From positions 1-63,265 of IMG/VR virus record IMGVR_UViG_3300009414_000002: a DNA stretch of 63,265 bases; one strand, written 5' to 3'. The position numbers and the translations under genes were made by a program. Of the stretch, positions 59,227-63,265 are shown piece by piece (the first letter of the stretch is position 1; each line of letters starts with the position of its first letter). This DNA comes from a virus (lineage: Duplodnaviria; Caudoviricetes). The notes under the pieces are model-generated. The model saw nothing but the letters and a program-made list of their open reading frames with translations, was not told where the DNA came from and searched no databases.

Positions 59227-59885
59227 CGTCGAACGGGGGCCGTTTCGCCCGTATATGGCATGCCAATTGAACAATGCAATCACTATGCCAACGCGTACGT
59301 TTATCTCTTGGTTTGGTTACGCCGGATCCTCTGATTGTACCAGTCGGTACGGTCGGCCGATCGGGTCGGGGTTCGCCGGTTGACGGTGCGAACGGGACTC
59401 GCGATCGGTCGGCCCCGGATGGTAACGCGGGATCGCACCACATCTCCCGCTCGGTTCGGTTGTGACCACCTCCCATCTGGGGCCGCTCGGTCTCCGGTCT
59501 CCGCGCTCTGTCTGGTCCGGTCTGTAATCGAAAATAATTCGGCGCACCATATCGGGGGGCCTGTGGTTTGATCGCGTGCCCCCGGTCTGGGGTGTTCACG
59601 CTCCCGCTCTGACCGTGCCCACGGCTCTGAATGCCGACCTCTGCCCGGGGCAATCCGCGGCCGGTCTGATCCCGCAACGGCCCGCATACACTGTGACCGG
59701 ATCGCATTTTTTGGCACGATTCTTTCCGGGTTACACCACACCGAAATTACTTTCGGAATTCGGTGAAACTTGCACGGAACTTGCATGATGCGCTCCTGGG
59801 TACCCACAAATTGCTAGCACGCTACAGCAGGGTGTAAGGCTACCAGTTCTTGACAGCAACATTACCGCGTTGCAGGATTGGCGTC

Positions 59886-60545
59886 ATGGCAGAAGAAACC
59901 CCACGGCACCGACGCGCATTCGACTTATACACGAAGCTCCGCAGCACCCGTAAGGTTGCGCCGGTAATCGGTGTGCATGAGGTTACCGTTCGTCAGTGGT
60001 CGCGTATGTTCGGTTGGCAAGAGCGTTTACGTGAGCACGACTCCCAGCTATCGAAATCTGCCGAAGCCGCCAAACGGCAAAAGGCCGAGGCCAAGGCACC
60101 CAAGACCGAAAGCACCCCTGCAATCGGCCCTTCCATTGGAGAATCCGCACCAGCACCCCCACCCCCCCAAAAGACTGGTGACGGGAACACCTCTCCAACA
60201 GACTTGCGGGTAGTAGAAGGATTGCTGGCTCGCTCAGTTCGCGATCTGGCTACCCGCAAGTCTCCTTCCATTAAGGCATCGTGTCCCAAGTGTTCAGCAC
60301 GTTTTGATGCAAAAGTCCCGTGGACGGTTGCCGATACGAAGACGAATGTTGGAGATGTGGAACGGTTGATGCGTTTGAAATGGCAATTGGAAGGGGGTGG
60401 ACCGGGTTCTGGGGGTGAAGATGCGGAATACCGGGACGAACGTTCGACAACCGAAGTTGCTCGGTCTCTAGTCAACCACCTCGAACGTCTTGGTGGGTTG
60501 AATCACATGATCGGACTGTACTTGGATGCCCAACCCGATGACTGA
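59886..60545 (+). CDS. Terminase small subunit (N-terminal HTH)
   Basis: AF.LY...RS..KVA...G.....V..WS...GW.ER; precedes terL. Confidence 0.75.
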   Translation: MAEETPRHRRAFDLYTKLRSTRKVAPVIGVHEVTVRQWSRMFGWQERLREHDSQLSKSAEAAKRQKAEAKAPKTESTPAIGPSIGESAPAPPPPQKTGDGNTSPTDLRVVEGLLARSVRDLATRKSPSIKASCPKCSARFDAKVPWTVADTKTNVGDVERLMRLKWQLEGGGPGSGGEDAEYRDERSTTEVARSLVNHLERLGGLNHMIGLYLDAQPDD

Positions 60546-62367
60546 CCCCACCCCACCATTGAGCCATGCCATTTTGGATGGTGATTGGGAACCATCTTGG
60601 GAGTCGTTGGGCCGAGCCGGCGTTTCATTGCGCGGTCGCATGAACCAACTCTCTGCTGAACTGTCGCGCAAATCCGGTCTTTCCGGTGATTTCTTCGTAT
60701 CTCTCCGTGGCATGGAACGCGACCTTGCGCGACTCGAACAAATCGCTTCGACCGAGGATTTTTTCCGTTGGTGCCGACGTTACATACCGCGACAAGTGAA
60801 CCGTCAACCGGCATCCATGCACCAGCGTGTCGTTGCTGACCTTTCGTGTTTTTTGAATCGGGAAGAACCCGATCCCGTACGTTTTCCCGGTGCTGATCGA
60901 TACGGTGCGTACGCTCTCCCCCGTGGTCACGGCAAAAGCACTTTGTTGGGGTTCGCATGGCCTTTGTACCTTTTATGCAACTGGAAGAAGTTCGATCTCT
61001 TCGGCTACGACGACGAAAACGGCGAGCGTCAGATCGACCAACGACCATTCATCGTGATCATCAGTGCCACCGAGTGGCAGGCTGCGGATCGTGTTCGCGC
61101 AATCCGCGTAGAACTTGAACGAAATCAAGAGCTTGCGGAAGACTACGGCGACCTAAGAACATATGGTCGCGGGATCAAATGGTCTGACCATGATCTTATC
61201 ACAGCCGACGGGTCACGAATAGTGTGCGCGGGCATGGATACGGCTTTCCGTGGCCTTGTTGAGGGCGAATCCCGACCCAATGTGGTTTTGCTGGATGACA
61301 TCGACGACAAGAAGACAATCACCACCACGGAATTGAGAAACAAGGCAGCTAGAAAGATTTCTGAGGAAGTGATCGGACTCGGCATCGAGGGCGAGTTCAT
61401 GATGGTCGCATGGGGCACCATCCTCCACTACGATTCCGTCTTGGCCCGACTGCTTGATACGGCTGGTGAATTCCAAGGGTACGTGCGCCGGAAGTACAAG
61501 GCGTTGCCAGACGAAGACACACTCGACCAAAAAGCCGGTGAAGTTGCATTTCCAGCAAAGTGGCCCAAACATCTCCTTCTCAGAAGAAAAAAGAGCATCC
61601 CGCCACTCGCATGGTCCACCGAGTATCAAAATGAACCGATGGACGACAGCACCACCGTGTTCCCAATGCACTGGCTCCGTGCAGCAATGGGACGAGGTGC
61701 GGATAGGGAAACGCCAATCATGCCACTACTTCCCGTCGAAAAAGGCGGTGAGTTCATCGTCGTCGCCCAAGGATGGGACTTGGCATTCGTGGACAACAAG
61801 CGCCATGCAGAAAAGAAACGTACGTCTTTCAATGCTGGAATCACTGGAGCCGTTGACATCCACGGGAACCTTCATTTATGCCATCTGATTCGCAACCGTG
61901 GGCTCAACCCTCTCGAAATGGATGAGATGATCTCAGCAAATGCCGCTTTGCTTGAGCCCGATGTGGTGGTAATTGAAGCCAACCATGCGGGGCACGTTCA
62001 TATTCACACGATCCGAGAAGAAACGGGTATCCCGGTTGTCGGAAGAACAACTGGCGTGGAAGTGAACGATCTCTACAAAGGGGTCCCGGCACTACAAAGA
62101 CCATTTGCCAATGGGCAGGTCATCATGTGGTGCGGAGATGAATACGGACGACGAATGATGGAAGCAATCGTAGAAGAATTGCACCGCTTCCCACAAGGGC
62201 GTAGAGGGGATACCGTCATGGCCTTGTGGCATTTGTGGTCCGTGCTGCGCCCAGCAATGATGAAGGCAGAGCGTTTGAGGAAAGAGGGAGTTGCCCACAA
62301 ATTCCGAGAAACATTCAAACTTGGCGATTTCAAAGTCGATGTGAGGACTGGCGATGATGCTGAATAA
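60526..62367 (+). CDS. Terminase large subunit
   Basis: PRGHGKST Walker A, VVLLDDID Walker B, GT.LH.D, EYQNEP, GWDLA, IEAN, FP.G...D.V.A. Confidence 0.93.
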   Translation: MPNPMTDPTPPLSHAILDGDWEPSWESLGRAGVSLRGRMNQLSAELSRKSGLSGDFFVSLRGMERDLARLEQIASTEDFFRWCRRYIPRQVNRQPASMHQRVVADLSCFLNREEPDPVRFPGADRYGAYALPRGHGKSTLLGFAWPLYLLCNWKKFDLFGYDDENGERQIDQRPFIVIISATEWQAADRVRAIRVELERNQELAEDYGDLRTYGRGIKWSDHDLITADGSRIVCAGMDTAFRGLVEGESRPNVVLLDDIDDKKTITTTELRNKAARKISEEVIGLGIEGEFMMVAWGTILHYDSVLARLLDTAGEFQGYVRRKYKALPDEDTLDQKAGEVAFPAKWPKHLLLRRKKSIPPLAWSTEYQNEPMDDSTTVFPMHWLRAAMGRGADRETPIMPLLPVEKGGEFIVVAQGWDLAFVDNKRHAEKKRTSFNAGITGAVDIHGNLHLCHLIRNRGLNPLEMDEMISANAALLEPDVVVIEANHAGHVHIHTIREETGIPVVGRTTGVEVNDLYKGVPALQRPFANGQVIMWCGDEYGRRMMEAIVEELHRFPQGRRGDTVMALWHLWSVLRPAMMKAERLRKEGVAHKFRETFKLGDFKVDVRTGDDAE

Positions 62368-63049
62368 TGTCGAAACACAAAACTCTTTCTTGGGTAACTG
62401 GCTGCAACTTAGGCCGGGAAGCTCATATGAAACAACGATGGAACTAAGATGCTGGCTCCCATTGTTCGCTCGCGCTGTTGCGGCACACACACTGCTGGAT
62501 TTTGGCTGTGGAGCGCGTGGCTGGATGGAAAGTTGTGACATTAGACCCACCAGATACATCGGAGTGGACATCGATGCGGAAACCATTGCTTACAACCAAG
62601 AGCAGTGCCCCGAAACCGAGTTCCATGTGATCGGACGGAATCCAACGGACTTGCCGCAAGCAGACATTGTTTTTTGCAAGGACGTGTTTCAGCATCTTTC
62701 AAACAGTGATGTCCTTGGACTCATCGAAACAATCTGCTCCACAAGAGCTCGCTTCCTGATAACGTCAGCAGACAGCTATCCACCACCACCGACGAATGAG
62801 TCACGCGATTTTGAAAGCGTCGGGGTTTGCGATGGTGCCGGGTATGTTCCTGAAAACTTGAAGATCGAGCCGTTCCATTTGACCCATTTGATTGGGACGG
62901 TGATCTTGGATCACAAGTTCTACCAAGTTTGGGACTTGGATGAAGAACCCATTTCGCACAGAATCCTCTATTCTGTGACTCCATATGATAAGGTGCTGCT
63001 GAATGACTACAAGGTATGCGCCGCTAACATTGGTATCGTAAATGTCTGA
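62354..63049 (+). CDS. Class I SAM-dependent methyltransferase
   Basis: LLDFGCG, YIGVDID, DIVFCKDVFQHL. Confidence 0.85.
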   Translation: MMLNNVETQNSFLGNWLQLRPGSSYETTMELRCWLPLFARAVAAHTLLDFGCGARGWMESCDIRPTRYIGVDIDAETIAYNQEQCPETEFHVIGRNPTDLPQADIVFCKDVFQHLSNSDVLGLIETICSTRARFLITSADSYPPPPTNESRDFESVGVCDGAGYVPENLKIEPFHLTHLIGTVILDHKFYQVWDLDEEPISHRILYSVTPYDKVLLNDYKVCAANIGIVNV

Positions 63050-63265
63050 AAAAATTGCGAACAAGTTTTTCATCGACACCGGCAAGGACAGCCATCCTTC
63101 CAAATCAAGCGATCCATATGCCGATGCCGGGAAAGACACCGCAAAAGTCCAAGAAGCGCAAGATGTTGAAGAACAGTTTGCCGCTTGGTACGACAAGGGA
63201 ATCATTGAACCGCCAGATCCGGGACTCGTTTCCCTAATCATCGGCGCATCCCAGTCAAACATCGT
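63042..63265 (+). CDS. Portal protein 5' part (continues at position 124 after the overlap)
   Basis: ATG overlapping the MTase stop; in frame with the portal ORF through the repeat. Confidence 0.85.
   Translation, partial: MSEKIANKFFIDTGKDSHPSKSSDPYADAGKDTAKVQEAQDVEEQFAAWYDKGIIEPPDPGLVSLIIGASQSNI
63143..63265. repeat. Terminal direct repeat (right copy)
   Basis: Identical to 1..123. Confidence 0.95.

Noticed and set aside
58975-59807. Many overlapping ORFs in the island and terS upstream region
   Set aside because: Lack of TAG/CTA and high GC inflate ORF length; Arg/Pro-rich translations without RBSs look spurious.
113-62984. Numerous antisense and shadow ORFs in the six-frame track; integrase, DNA polymerase, tRNA, reverse transcriptase/DGR
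   Set aside because: Shadow ORFs overlap well-supported genes; no motifs for the listed elements were recognised by eye (not excluded by search).

Overview
The window appears to be a complete, circularly permuted tailed-phage genome of about 63,142 bp. A 123-bp overlap at both ends falls inside the portal gene. It is a myovirus. The + strand arm runs terS-terL-methyltransferase-portal-MuF-XkdF protease-major capsid-neck-lysis-sheath-tube-chaperone (with a -1 frameshift)-tape measure-baseplate-fibre. The - strand arm carries early genes, a MoxR AAA+/VWA pair, recombination and replication genes (PD-(D/E)XK nuclease, AAA_24 ATPase, SSB-like, initiator, primase-helicase, RuvC-like), and a 7-deazaguanine DNA-modification cluster (QueD, QueE, FolE, a MutY-like::DpdL-like fusion, a glycosyltransferase, a DpdA-like transglycosylase and ParB). 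I saw no integrase, DNA polymerase or QueC. The most striking unexplained signals are: (1) a ~1.3-kb island upstream of terS almost completely free of AG/CT dinucleotides, flanked by two matching paired sigma54-like motifs; (2) the MutY::DpdL fusion plus glycosyltransferase; (3) a candidate anti-Shine-Dalgarno sRNA complementary to the RBSs of several phage genes; (4) one beta-rich module shared by the capsid, baseplate and fibre proteins. All calls come from motif recognition by eye; no searches were run.
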